This document shows, piece after piece, positions 49,701 to 62,600 of a DNA stretch of 64,000 bases. Source of the DNA: Lama glama (taxonomy: Eukaryota). Under the pieces are notes generated by a model that worked only from the letters and a program-made list of their open reading frames with translations, did not search any database and was not told the origin of the DNA. The stretch covers positions 6,324,001 through 6,388,000 of the forward strand of contig CM052839.1 of NCBI GenBank assembly GCA_028534125.1, in the 5' to 3' direction. Position 1 is the stretch's first letter. The number at the start of each line of letters is the position of its first letter. The position numbers and the translations under genes were made by a program.

Positions 49701-50740
49701 AAATAAATTTTTGTATTACCCATATTTCTGATTCCACTTAGTGCTCCTCCCTTGTTTCTCTTTTTCTCATCTATTTCTGATTTATGTTTTTTTTTGTATT
49801 TTATATATCTCTGAAAAGTACTTTATACTTTGAGGCAAGATAGGGTATTGAAAATAAACCCTGAACTTTCTGGTTTAGGAATTTGCCCTTTGGAAAAAAT
49901 GTTCTTTCTCTCTTGTTCCTTTCCCTATATAACATACTTTTTATTTAGGGGTGTTCCTTTCTTTTTCCCATCTCTGCTTAGTAAAATAAACTCATTCTTT
50001 AGGGTAAAAGACCAGTTCAAATGTTTTTGCTTTTTAGAAGTCTTCTTCAACACTCTGTCTCTTGCAAAAATAGTTTTACAAGGTTGTTGGCATTGAGACT
50101 GTGTCTGAAGTAAGGCCTGGCATATTTTTAGTGAACTTTTACCCTATTTTCTTTACCCTTAAAGCATTTATCATTTTGTACTTGGCTCTAAATTATTATA
50201 TATGTGTTTACCCTTGCTCCCTTGTGTGACATTAACTGGTCAATCTACTATTAGTATTCTATTTCTTAATCCTCATTTTCTTCCTTCTCTCCTTCCTCAG
50301 TCATATATCATTCTTTGTAGTGATTCTCTTAAGACACTTGACGGAATGGTTTGTGGTAATCATGTGGAAGATTGGATGGATGCTTGTATAGTTGAGCAGT
50401 TATAACCCTAGCGGTGTTTGATTGGTTCACGTTAACCAAGATAGACATTTTCCTGATTTACATCAGGTCCTGAACTTAATTGATCCAATTCCAGAAAATA
50501 ATCACTTGATGAAGACATTAATGTATGTCCTAGGTATGTAGGAATCAAAGAAATTGAATAACCATTAGGTTCGTTGATAAAAATCAGGATTCAGAAAGTT
50601 TTCCATAGTTGGGCAGAAAACTTGCTAAAATAACAGATTATTGTATTTGTCTTAAAAAAAGAACTTTGCCTATGTGAAGTCAGGGAGCTCTAGCCTAGCA
50701 GTAGGTAGCTTGTGAGATAAGACATATATTGATCACTCTT

Positions 50741-51121
50741 TGGGTTAGTCAGACTAGACTAGGTTATGCTGTGGTTAAAAAAAACCACGCACAACCCTAA
50801 AATTTCAGTGGCTTCAAACACAAAAGTTTATTTCTCATTGGCTCAAGTTGACGGAGGCCTCTGCTCATTGAGATTACTCAGTAATAGTGCAGTCACCATC
50901 TCAAACATTGCCGGAGAGACTGTTCTTCTGTTGGCTCTGTTTAACCAACAGTTAAATTCTCTGGCCAGAAGTGAATGGAGGCATTTCCACTTAGAAGTCA
51001 TTGACCAAGTCTAGACACCTGGTCCCTGTCAACCACAAGGGGGTCAAGAAATGTAATGTTATGTGTGCATGCAGTGGGGGAGAACCAGAGCTATTTGACA
51101 ACTGCATTAATGACTACTGCA
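50741..51121. mobile_element. MLT1-type MaLR solo LTR
   Basis: TTAGTCAGACTAGACTAGGTTATGCTGTGGT...AAATTTCAGTGGCTTCAAACACAAAAGTTTATTTCTC. Confidence 0.7.
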
Positions 51122-52902
51122 TTATATTACTAGCACATAACACAGCAATTGCTTGACATATACTAGGCATTCAGTACATGTATGCTGAATAGATTGCATT
51201 GTTCAAGTAGCTACTAAGTTTAAATCTCTGGAAGGGATGTTAGAAAGGGAGTTGCTGGAAGATTATATAGAAGAGCTAAGCAGTCTTTTTCTTGAATTTC
51301 TACAGTTGTATTACTTCCTCCTTAGTATATTTTTCTCAAGCATATTTCTTCCTTTTCTCTTTTTTCTTTCTAGACTCCTATGGAAAGTATAAATTATATA
51401 GATGAGACTGCAGTATCTTACCTTCTTTGAAGGAACATAAAAACAGTTCACTGGCTATCTAATCCGTATATTTAGATGATTATTTCAGTCTAGATCTGGA
51501 TACAGTGTTCATATTTATTGTTGACTGGCATTAAATTGATGTTCATTGTTCTACATGTAAAGACTTCTTTTAGTAGACAGAAAATATAACTAAGATCAGA
51601 ATTAAAATTGGTCTTCACATTAATGGCAGTAAATGATATTTGTATTTTAAGGATAGTGATTTTATAAAGAGAGTAAGTTGTAAGTTGTATAGCAATTCTG
51701 AATACTGTGTTGAAATATCAATAGCAGATATTAGCAATCTGTTAGTAATCCTAATGTGAAACTAGTTTTAAAAGTGCAGTCTTGAATTACTCAACACTTC
51801 TTATTCAAATTATGGGAAATATCCATTTTATGATTTTGAATAGAACCATAGGTTGTTTACTTAAATAAAGCTTGCTGTGTTCTTCCTCCCCCTTCTCAGT
51901 TTGAGTCCCTGGAATCTGTTCTATTTTTACTTGTGGATCTACGTACTGAAGCTGTCTCTGATTTCATGCTCTGAAGATCAACAAGAGATCTCTTGTAAGA
52001 TGAGAATTGTGTAATAGGTGACTATTAGGAGAGTAGACAAGTCTGAGTAAGTCAGTAAACATTTATTGAGGTTTTTTCAGTAAAAGCAATGCTGTACCAA
52101 ATGTCTCTTGGTACTTTGACTAAAGATAATAATTCAATGGCTGGCTTTATGCCTGATAAATAATTGCTAGAAGTAATTTTTGTGGTATTGTTGAAGCTTT
52201 TTGTTAATGTTAATTTTTAAACTCTTTAAAGGATCAATGAAAATAATGTATATGGAATATTTACAAATTGTTGGAAATAAGTTAGGACTATTGAATTTGA
52301 GAAAAGTCTTAACAAATCAAATTTTGTCTTCATTTTTATTATAGAATGAAAGTGAAGCAGTACTGTTTAAAATTCAAATTGGGCAGCATTTATACTTTTC
52401 AAGGCATTAGAATCTGCTTGGGGCTTGTTTCGGAAAGATTTTTGATTGTTAGAAGATTACCTTTGCTAAACATTGCAGAGAAGACCTAATGGCACTGTCT
52501 TTTCTCTTCAAAAACAGTAATGGACATTGGATTGCTTGTTATGAGACTGGGGCCTGTGTGTTTCCGACTGCCCATCTGGTGCTATTATTCTGCTTGTTCT
52601 CTCTGGATCTCTGGCCTAACGTGACATTATATCAGACTCTAATTATGAATCAATTTATTTTGCAAAGCTGGTTTAAAATGTTCAGATAATTATGTTTTCA
52701 AGTTGCAGTTTGATCTTTTATTTCTTTGGCACATGAATGCATATAAGCAAAACTTGATTGAATTTTGAATTGTAGGAATTTCTAAAGACAGCAAAACACT
52801 TAGTCTTTTCCCACACCTTAACTCTTATCACTCACCTTTTAAATTCTGGTTTGTCTTTATGTACATGGTTTGTTCTTTGAAATTAATATATTCCATTCTT
52901 TA

Positions 52903-53018
52903 TTACTATTATTATTGTTACTGTTAATATTATTATTTTTAATGGAGGTACTGGAGATTGAACCCAGGACCTCATGCATGCTGAGCATGCGCTCTACCAC
53001 TGAACATACCCCCTCCCC
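52903..53018 (-). mobile_element. vic-1-type SINE
   Basis: Family core in reverse; TSD ATT(C/A)CATTCTTTA at 52890-52902 and 53019-53031. Confidence 0.9.
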
Positions 53019-53269
53019 ATTACATTCTTTATTTTTACTTAAATTTTTGTTTTAAAGGCTGTGGAATCCCTCTCCCCCACCCAGAGATTTGCCTGCTTCC
53101 TACTGCCCCTTTTTTTCCCCCCTTATTTTGTGGCAAGGTAGACCTAGGGGCAGATAACCACATGGAACTTGTCTAGTAGTCGAGTAGACAGTTGGGCATA
53201 CTTTATATTCACACAGGAGCAATGAGAAAAAGGACACAAGATTTCAGGAGAATGTATCACAGGGTGTGG

Positions 53270-54460
53270 TAACATTTATTATTACCATTTCCCACCAACA
53301 GGAACCAGGGCAGCATGGAGAAATGGCTAATAGGTCTGGAACTGGAAATATTCAGAACATCTTGTCATACAAGAAAGTAAGAAAGCTACCAAGATAACTG
53401 GGCAGGCAGCTTTGTCACTGGGCAGGGTTCCCATTGTACAAACTTCTCACTAAGACAAGTTGAGTGGATAAAAAGAGTAATGATTATGGATTTAAACACA
53501 TCAACTATATTGAAGTTTGACATCATAATACCAAGGCCAGTAACAACAGCAATAACAACGGAGTCTTAATGGTCATCTTTGGAAGATGCTATGCAACAGA
53601 CTTACTCTCAGGGCAAGGGAAAAGAATCAGGTATTCATCTGTTAAGACTCCCCTGGATTAAACAAACAGTTAATAAAGAGAAGTTTTTCATTACATAGTA
53701 TTTCAGTTAATAAATGAAGAAATGAAAGAATTAGAATACCACCATTTTGCAGCCTATAATGAGAGAGACCTAGGCAATGATCAACAACTACTGAAGCCAA
53801 TAAGTGAAAACCCGAATCCACAGATCATAAAAATAGGGACAAATTAGACGTGTGCCTCCTGATGTGATGGAGTGGTGGCACCATCTGTGAAGTTTTATTG
53901 CAAAAAATTCACATCTGTATCTGATTAAGCCTCTAGACCTACCGATTAATAGGAAATATAGGGTACAGAAGAACATGTTTGAAGACACCCCACGAGGATA
54001 CAAACAGTAAAATCTAGAAGGAAGTTCTAAAGGACAACTCTCTTGTTTTTTTCAACAAATAAGTGACAAGAAGAAAAAAAGGCTAAGGAAACCTATAAAT
54101 TAGAAGAGATATATTAACCATATGCAACGTGAAGTTCTTATTTGGATGGATCCTGATTCTAACCAACTAACTGTAAAACAGTCTTTATGGAGAAAAAGTG
54201 AAAATTTGAGCACTGGATATCTGATACTAACCAATTGTTCATTTTTCTTACACTGTGATAATATTGTGCTTATGTTTTAGAACTTTATACTAAAATATTG
54301 ACAGACAAAAGTATGACATCTGGAATTTAAAATCTATGTTGAGCGGATGTGGGTGAGGATATAGATAAACAAGATGGGCCATGTGTTGATAATTGAACCT
54401 AGACATGATAGATCATTTTACCATTCTACTTCTCTGCTGAAAATTGGTAAGTTTAAAAAG
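53270..54460 (+). mobile_element. L1MC-type 3' UTR fragment
   Basis: CTGATTAAGCCTCTAGACCTACC, AACCATATGCAACGTG, GATATAGATAAACAAGATGGGCCATGTGTTGATAATTGAA. Confidence 0.7.
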
Positions 54461-55299
54461 GGTCATATATGCTGGTGCTTTGGTCTTCCCGAATTGCATA
54501 AAATTCGGTTTTTATAGATGAGGTAAACGAGTTGTCTCTGTTGTTAAATTTTTTCTTGAGCTGTCTTCTTAGACTAAGATCAGAAATTTTTGGTGATAGT
54601 ATTTGTAATTTGAATTATCTGTGAAACAAATTCATGCCTCATTTTTCATGTGCTTGGTCTAAGGATTTTTTTTTTTTAAATAATAGGATTAAAGTAACTG
54701 AGATCCATTCCTTTTGACTTTTGCCTCAGTACTAGGGCAAGCTGTTTTGAAAATCTTTTTTCATGTTATTGATTGGGCTTCTTGCTTGAAGATTCTTTGA
54801 AGTACAAACTGCTGTGTTGTGTGCTCAGGCTAATAGCAGTAACTAGCTACTCTATATTGCTTGTTTTCTTTTTATACTATTCATCATATTAACTTGCTTG
54901 ACTATTGAGGAAAACCGAGGCTCTGCCTTCAATAAATGAAGGACTTAGTGCTGTTTAAGAAAGCTGCTAGAGCACCAGCATATTTGTTTGCCTCTGTTTC
55001 TTCTTTTGGCTAGTAGTCGTTACTTTTATTTTCCAGAGACATCCCTGGAGCTTTAGTCTCTAGAGTTTATATCTGTTGCAACTGAAGAGAAATTTACCAG
55101 TAGTATGTATATTTTTCCCCTTCTTGAAAAGCTTTGAAGAAGAGTATAGTGAAATCTTCTCACCCTCTTATCTAGGAAAATAGGGCTTGGCTTTATTTTA
55201 AAGTTTTATAGCTTTTAAATGATAGGAGCATGTAAAAATTATCTTATATGGTACTTTAAACTTAAAGTGCTGACATACCAAATTTAATCTCTAAATTAT

Positions 55300-56960
55300 A
55301 TAGTCATTTAGTGAATATCTGAGTGCCTACTTTTCTAAGCATTGTTGTACTTTAAAGAACATAACAAAAATCTTGCTGGCACAGACTTTACATTTAGTAT
55401 GGGAAGACAGATAATAAACTAGATAATTAAGTTAAAGGTGTGGTGTGTTAATGTAAGTTCCCAGAAGAGAAAATAAAGTGGGCAAAGGGGATGGAAACTT
55501 GAAGGTGGAGCATTGGTGTCTGGGGGCCAAGCTTCGCAGGCAGTGAGGAATAACAAGCACAAAGACTCTGAGGTGGGAGGAGAGAAGGCCTGGTTTGTCA
55601 GAGGAGCAGCAAGGTACAGGGGTGGTAGTGTGGTCTTGATAGGTAAGAACTTTGGCTTCTATGCTGAGACATACCATTCAAAGGTTTTCAGCACAGGAGT
55701 TGACATAATTTGATTTACATTTTAAAAAGATCATGCTTGGCTTGTGCTGAGTATACAGACTGTAGGGAGACAAGGGCAGAAGCAAATAAACTGATTATGA
55801 GACTAGAACAGTAAGTCAGAATAGAGAGAACATTGTCCTGGACCAGGGTGGTAACAGTGGAGGTGATAAATGGTTGAATTTTTTTTTTGGAGGGAAGGTA
55901 ATTAGGTTTAGTTATTTATTTTTTGGAGGAGGTACTGGGGATTCAACCGAGGACCTTGTGCATGCTAAGCATGCACTCTACCACTTGAGCTATACCTTCC
56001 CCCCGAATTTTTGTGTATATTTTCGGAGTGGAGTGGTCAGGATTTACTGATGAACCAGGTTTTTGGGGGAATGATGTATCCAGCATGTCTTCAAGGCTTT
56101 TGGCCTGAGCAGTTGCAAAGATGGAGTTGACATTAACTGAGGTAAAAAAGACTGCAGGACAAGGCAGAGAGATTACTAGGGGCTCAGTTTTGAATATGCT
56201 AATTTTGAACAGCCTGTTAGACATTCAAGTAGAGAAGTCATACAGGCAGTTTATCATGTACAATCAGGAAATTCAGTGAAGAGGTGTGGGTTAGAGACAT
56301 AAACTTGGAAATTGTTAGTGTATAGGTCTTTAATAAACCATGAGGTCAGATGGAATCAGTAAGAGAAGAGGATTAAGTACCAAGTTTTGGGACACATCAG
56401 CATTAAGAAGTCAGAGAAATTATCAGAAACTAGGGAAGGAGTATGAAGGGGTTGGTCACGGAGGTAAGTGGAAAACTAGAGTTGTGGTAACCTGTAAGCC
56501 AAGTGAAGAAATTTCAAGGAGGGAGGGAGGGAGATCAGCTGTGTCAAATAAGAGGTCGGGTAAGATAAGGACTGATACATGACACTAGAGGTGAGTGGAG
56601 ACTTTGAAAAGGACACTTTTCAGTGCCAGTGGTGGGGGCAAAAGCCAGGTTGGTGTGAGCTTGAGTGAACGGAAGAGGAATTGGAGACGGGGAATGTAGA
56701 TGGGTCCTAAAAGTTGTGCTCTTAAAATGGGGGAGCAGAGAAGGACAATAACTGGAGCGAGTGTAGGCTTCATTTTTGTGTTTGTAAAGGTTGGAAAATG
56801 ATAGCATGTTTGTTGATGGGATTGAATTCAGTAGAGAGGGATGTTGATGACACACGAGAGGGTAGGAATTTCTGGAGCAATGTCTTTGAGTGGGGGAAAT
56901 TAGATGGGATCTAAGTACTGCCCAGTTTGGAAGCTGTAGCTAGGAACATGGCAGCTAGCT
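55300..56960 (-). mobile_element. Long L2 fragment, interrupted by a SINE
   Basis: CAAGGCTTTTGGCCTGAGCAGTTGCAAAGATGGAGTTGACATTAACTGAG and AAGCCAAGTGAAGAAATTTCAAGGAGGGAG. Confidence 0.78.
55884..56004 (-). mobile_element. vic-1-type SINE inserted into an L2
   Basis: Family core in reverse; TSD GAATTTTT at 55876 and 56005. Confidence 0.9.
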
Positions 56961-58880
56961 AGCTCATCTAGATAACATGAGAGAGGGTGGAATAATAAGT
57001 TGATGGGCAGAGATTCAGGGAAGAGGGTGGATCTGTGTACAGTGTGGAAAATTTTAGTGCTAAGAGGATCTTTGTGAGTATTAAATAGGTTGCAAAGGGA
57101 TGGTTATAGAATATAGCACCTAATAAGTGTTCACTGTTGTCATTATCACTTGTAGAGGTAAATGTAAACAATTTAGTATGTGAAATTGTTAGTGTTTTAG
57201 TATTTGCTTATAAAGTCACAATGTTATTTATATGACCAGTTTCCTTAAATCACTAGTATGTGTAATACTCTGGAAGTACTGGCTTTTCACTTGAGCCAGA
57301 TGGATCAGTCTGTAATTTCTGGTTATGCCATCATTTCTTTGCAAAGATGCTGGCCACTAGAGAGGTGCTACTCACACAGACTATCAGCTTAAAGCACATC
57401 CCAGAAACACAAGATTTTCATATTTCTAATCAGAAACATTGTAATTTTGTTATGGTTTTGAAGGTGGTCCATTTTCTTAATATGTGAGTAAAAGTCCCTT
57501 AAGCAAAATTGTAACATTGTCTGATAGAAAATAGACTTCTTTTTATACTTTGGTTAGAAGTAGCAGAGAAATCCTATATATTTACATAAATTGTGATTGC
57601 AGTTTTAGGACCAGTTGTAAAGCTGGAGCGGTTAATGTAGGAATATTAGAGGGAGAGTTGGAACCTGGAGATGCTTGGGAAATCTACTTAGGCTCTTAAC
57701 CTGGCCTTAGGTATATTCGTACTTTGAAAATGAGATGGAGATTATTTGAAATCTGTAAGTACATCAGTGTCATTTTAGGGTGATATGGGGGATAAAAGGT
57801 GAAAAAGAGAGATATGTAGAAGTCTAATCAGAGAGCCCAGAGCTTCTGTTAGAGGCACGGTTTCTCTGATGGAGAATCAGATCTTGGCAGTACAGAATCC
57901 TAGGTTCTGACTGGGTTGTTGTATAAGAAGTAATAAGACTAAGGTATATGGATTTGATAAGACAAGACCTAGGATGTAAAAACCTTTAGTAGGCTTTTAA
58001 ATGATCTGGAAAACTTGGAAACTAGAGAGGAAGGTTAAAAGAGGAGTTGATTCGAGTCAAGGGCTGGTAATTGAAAAGAGTTTAAAATTTGCCGTTTGAA
58101 ATACCTTTGGACCTACATTATTTATATATCTATAAAATGTAAAATTATAAAAATAAAGTTAGATGTAAGAATTATATAAAATTATGCTTTTAAGCACTCA
58201 TCATTTGATAACTGAATGTTCAACATTGGAAAACACTATTTTGAGATACAAAATACATGTTTAGATATAGACCTTGTAGTCTGCAAAAGCATATCAATCT
58301 AAAGGAAGTAATATACCGTAAGAAAAATTAAAGTTACGGTGCTGTAGGTTTCTGTAAGAGGAGGAGACGATCTTCAGTGAAAAGGCTGTCATGGAGGAAG
58401 TAGCACTGAAGGATGGTCCTTGAAAATGGAAGCAGAAATGTTGATGAGGATATTTCAGGTAGCAGCACGCACTATGAGGCAGGAAAGAATAGTGGTACAA
58501 ATAGTTCAGGTTAAATCAAATACAAATAAATGTGTCCGAGCGGGATTTTTTTTATTCTTACTTTCCTTTCGTTTTATCCCCCAGTGAGAATCCTTTGGAA
58601 GTTTTTGGGTGAGGTGCATAGGAAATGGGAAAGGGTGAGAAGGTGAAGCAGAAATAAACTATGATAACCAACCATATAAAAAATTTTTTTTTAACTATAG
58701 AAGAGAATATGCTTGAAAAGCATAGGAATATGGAAATGAAGAGGGAAAAGCTGTAAGCAGAGAGAAATACTGTGAACAATTTGCTGTTCTTAGTTTTTAA
58801 AACTAAAATTAATTCTGTTAAAAATTGTAACAAGACAGGAAGTCAAGTTTTCTTGAAGTAAAATTTCTTAAAAGAAATTT

Positions 58881-59004
58881 TTTTTGTTTTGTTGTTTTGG
58901 GGGAGGTAATTAGGTATTTATTTATTTTGATGGAAGTACTGGGGATTGAACCCAGGACCTTGTGCATGCTAGGTGTGTGCTTTACCACTCAGCTATACCC
59001 TCCC
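58881..59004 (-). mobile_element. vic-1-type SINE
   Basis: Family core in reverse; TSD TCTTAAAA(G/T)AAATTT on both sides. Confidence 0.9.
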
Positions 59005-59699
59005 TCTTAAAATAAATTTCTTAAAAATAAATGAGCACAAGGACCCAGTAGAGAAAAAGACAGGGTCATGGACAGTCTACTTGTGGAAAATTACAGATGG
59101 CTTTGAAAAATATTGAGAATGCTAGACTTGACTCATAGAAGCATAAAGTAAAGCTACATTGAGATACTCTTTATCACCCAAACACAAGCCAGACCATCAC
59201 TATAAGTAGTGAATGAATCTATCAATCCTCACTTCCTACCCACGTACTTAGTTTTCAGCCCGTACCCCACACCTTTCATTTCAGTCCTCCACTCTTAAAT
59301 ATGGACAGTCACGTTTTATCAGATAAGTAAAATAATGCTTCCTCATATGAAAGAAGTCATTAGAGATAGAATACAACTAGGAGGAAATATATCTCAGACA
59401 AGAAGAAAGCATTTAAAAAAAAGTTAATGAAGATTAAGTTTATAAACAGAAACAGAATTCTGTAAAGAAGGAAAAGAGGTCTTAGAAGATAAAATTGGAG
59501 AAATAATTCCAGCAAGTACAACAAATAGTAAATTGTAAAAGAGGAGCAGATATTTTTAAGAGGAGCTAATACTGTGAAAGTATTTGTGAGTACTATGTGT
59601 GAATGTAATGGATTAGAAATTTTTACAAACTTTCGAAGTGTGATGCATTATGAGAAATTAAGTGATCGTTTTCTCAGCGATGTCAGTTTTTTCAGTTTG

Positions 59700-62600
59700 T
59701 CTGTAGAAATTCCCAAAAGTGGAATTTAAATAAAGGTAAAAAAATAAAGTTTAATAATGCCAAATTGCTTTCTGTAAAAATTAAAATCTCAGTTGACATT
59801 TCCATCTACTGCTTGTTGGCTCATATCTCTGAATTCTGGTTAAAATTGAAATTACTTTCCGATCTTAAGATATAAGTGATATATTTGCAATTTTAAAAAT
59901 AGGCTAAACAGTTGTTCATGTATTTATTGGATATTTGTATTTACACCATTGTGGACCTGTTGGATCCAGTCTCTCATTGATTTGTCAGTGCCCTTTACTC
60001 ATTTAGGGATCAACTCTGTCATGTGTGCAAATGTTTGCCCCTGAGTTTGTCTTATGGATTCCTCTTCTCCCTCTTAAATCTTTCAGAAATTAAAATTTTT
60101 TGTGTTGTATTTAAAGTTTTTATTTGTGGCTTCTAGGTTCTTTATCTGATTTAAGACTTTATCTAAATCAGGATTTTAAAAAATGTTCCTCACCCCATCC
60201 TCCCATATATTCTTTCTGTACTTCTATGGTTTTGTTTTCTACATTAAATTTTTTCATCCATTTTGACTTTTTTATTGTAAGGAATTAGGTGGAGATTGAT
60301 TTTGTTTTCTCTAATGAATCAGTTGTCCTAATACCATTTTTGGCTAATCCATTTTCCTTCCTCTTGATTTGAAATGCTGTTAGATTGATTATATACCAAA
60401 TTTCCGTATGTATTTTGGTTCATTTCTGGACACTCTTCTGTTCTCTAGATCTCCAGGGTCCAGATTATACCAAGTTATTGTAATTTTAGAAGTTTTTAAT
60501 TTATATGTCATCTTATTTTTTATCAATTATAAGCAAATAGAATTTTGAAAAATTAATTGTTAAAGGGCTTGTAACAAACAGCTGCCTTTGTCTCATCTCA
60601 CTTGACAAGTTCAGTACCAGTTCTGAAGTTTTGATTAAAACAAAGTCAACTGTTTTTCTGTCTGGAAGCTATTAGAATTTGATGTTCTGAAATTTTATTG
60701 TGCTCTTTGTGTGAGCATTTCCATTAATGCTTTGAGCATTTTGAAGACCCTATTATACATTTTGTCTGGCAGTTCTAGGAAAACTGTATGTATGTATGTA
60801 TGTATCCATCTCTCTGTTTTGCATGTTATCTCTTTCTGGAACCTAACAGAATGGGATGTTTCAATGAGGGAAGCTTAAGGTGAGAAGTAGGAAGAGAAGG
60901 GAGATGGGATCAGACAGCTATAGGGAGAAGATGTCTAAGTGAGGTGAAGAGCCAGGAAGGATTTTCAACAGAGATGTGATCTGACTCTAAAGAGTCAGAA
61001 AGGCTGCAGCTGTCAGCCTTTCTGAGTAAGAGAGGGGATTATTCAAAGATGTAGTTAGAATAGTTTTAGTAGCTAGAAAAATTTGTCCCTAAATACTTAC
61101 AATTCAAGTGGTATAGTAGCTGTATTTTTTTAGATCAAACTTAAAATATTTTTCTTTGTGTTTTAAGTAAATTTTTAATGCAGTGTTTTATTTTTGAATA
61201 GCTTATTTTAATTTTATTGGTTAATTGATATTGGATTGTATGTTTAATACTTATTTTAATAGTTTCCATTGTCTTGGTGTTTCACAATTAACACATTTTT
61301 GCATTGGGATGAATTTTTTTAAACAAATTTTACTGGTTAAAAATTCTGAGCACTTCAATTAAAATGCAAGTATTAATGCTGGTGTTTTAGTATTAAGTAA
61401 ATAACTACTGACACCTGTTTGCTCTAGGATTGTATGCACTACAGTCATCTTGTCAAGTTTCACTTAATCACTATCCTTCATCCTACCACTCAAACCCTGC
61501 AGTTTTGATTGAGTGTATTGCATTGAATTTATCGATTGATAGAGTGGTTTGACACCTTTATAATATTATCTTTCCAAGAGTAAAATCTGGCTTATTTCAT
61601 ACTTTTTTTTGGCTTCCTTTTTATCATCTTATTCCTTCTTTTTTAGTCCTAATTTGATACAGTAATAATTATTATTATTTTTTAGTCCAGCTAATGGTTT
61701 ATCTGTTAGGGTTTTTTTCTTCCCTTCAAAATGCAGCTTCTAGGTTTTATAATTAAATCTACTAGCTTTGTTTTTCTAATTGAGTAACGTATGAATTTCT
61801 TAAATTCCTTTTTTCTGATTTTTAAAAAGTTAATTTCCTAACCTTAAATGCTTAATATTTTTAATTCTTGATCAGTTGATAGCATTTAGGCTGTGGGTCT
61901 TCCTCTGAATATATGAATATTTATGTATCAAAGGCTTTTTTTTATATATGGGTAGTTTTTATAATTGTTATTTACTAGATAAATTAATTTTTTTTTTGTA
62001 TTAATTTTGATTTCCATCTTTGAATGGAGTAGTTTAGGGAGAGAGAGAGTACATAAATAGTCAAGTCTCTTCCACTAAGGAGAGTAGCTTGCTTCATTTT
62101 CAGATTGTTGTCTCTGTTATTTCTTTAAATTTTTTAATTTATATTTTTTGAAGGAGGCAGTAACTAGGTTTATTCATTTATTTTTAGAGGAGGTACTGGG
62201 GATTGAACCCAGAACCTTGGGCATGCTAAGCATGCACTCTACCACCTGAGCTATACCCTCTCATGATCTCTGTTATTTCTACTTTTTAAAATTTTGAGGT
62301 ATGATGGCCTAAATAGATGATCAGCTTTTATAACTGTTCCATAGGGATTTGATCTCATCCCATAATATGTTCAGCCATTTTATCACTTAATCTGTTTGAT
62401 CTTTATGGACTTGAAATGGTAATTGCCTTCTACTTTTATTTCTGCCCAGTTTTCTTGTATTTCTTTTAAGTTTGGACTCCAAATATATGTATATATATTT
62501 TGAAGGTTTTGTTTTATATAGTTTTATATGCATCATATATTCTTTATAGATTATAATCTTGAGCATTCTAAAAAGTGATCCTTTTTGGCCACCTTTAATG

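Noticed and set aside
51343-51400. Very strong polypyrimidine tract plus AG
   Set aside because: No credible donor within exon distance downstream.
52940-53018. tRNA-Ala(AGC) gene (this and the other ten tRNA-like copies fold into near-cloverleaves)
   Set aside because: Each copy has the SINE 3' tail, most have target-site duplications, and all carry disruptive substitutions. They are SINEs, not tRNA genes.
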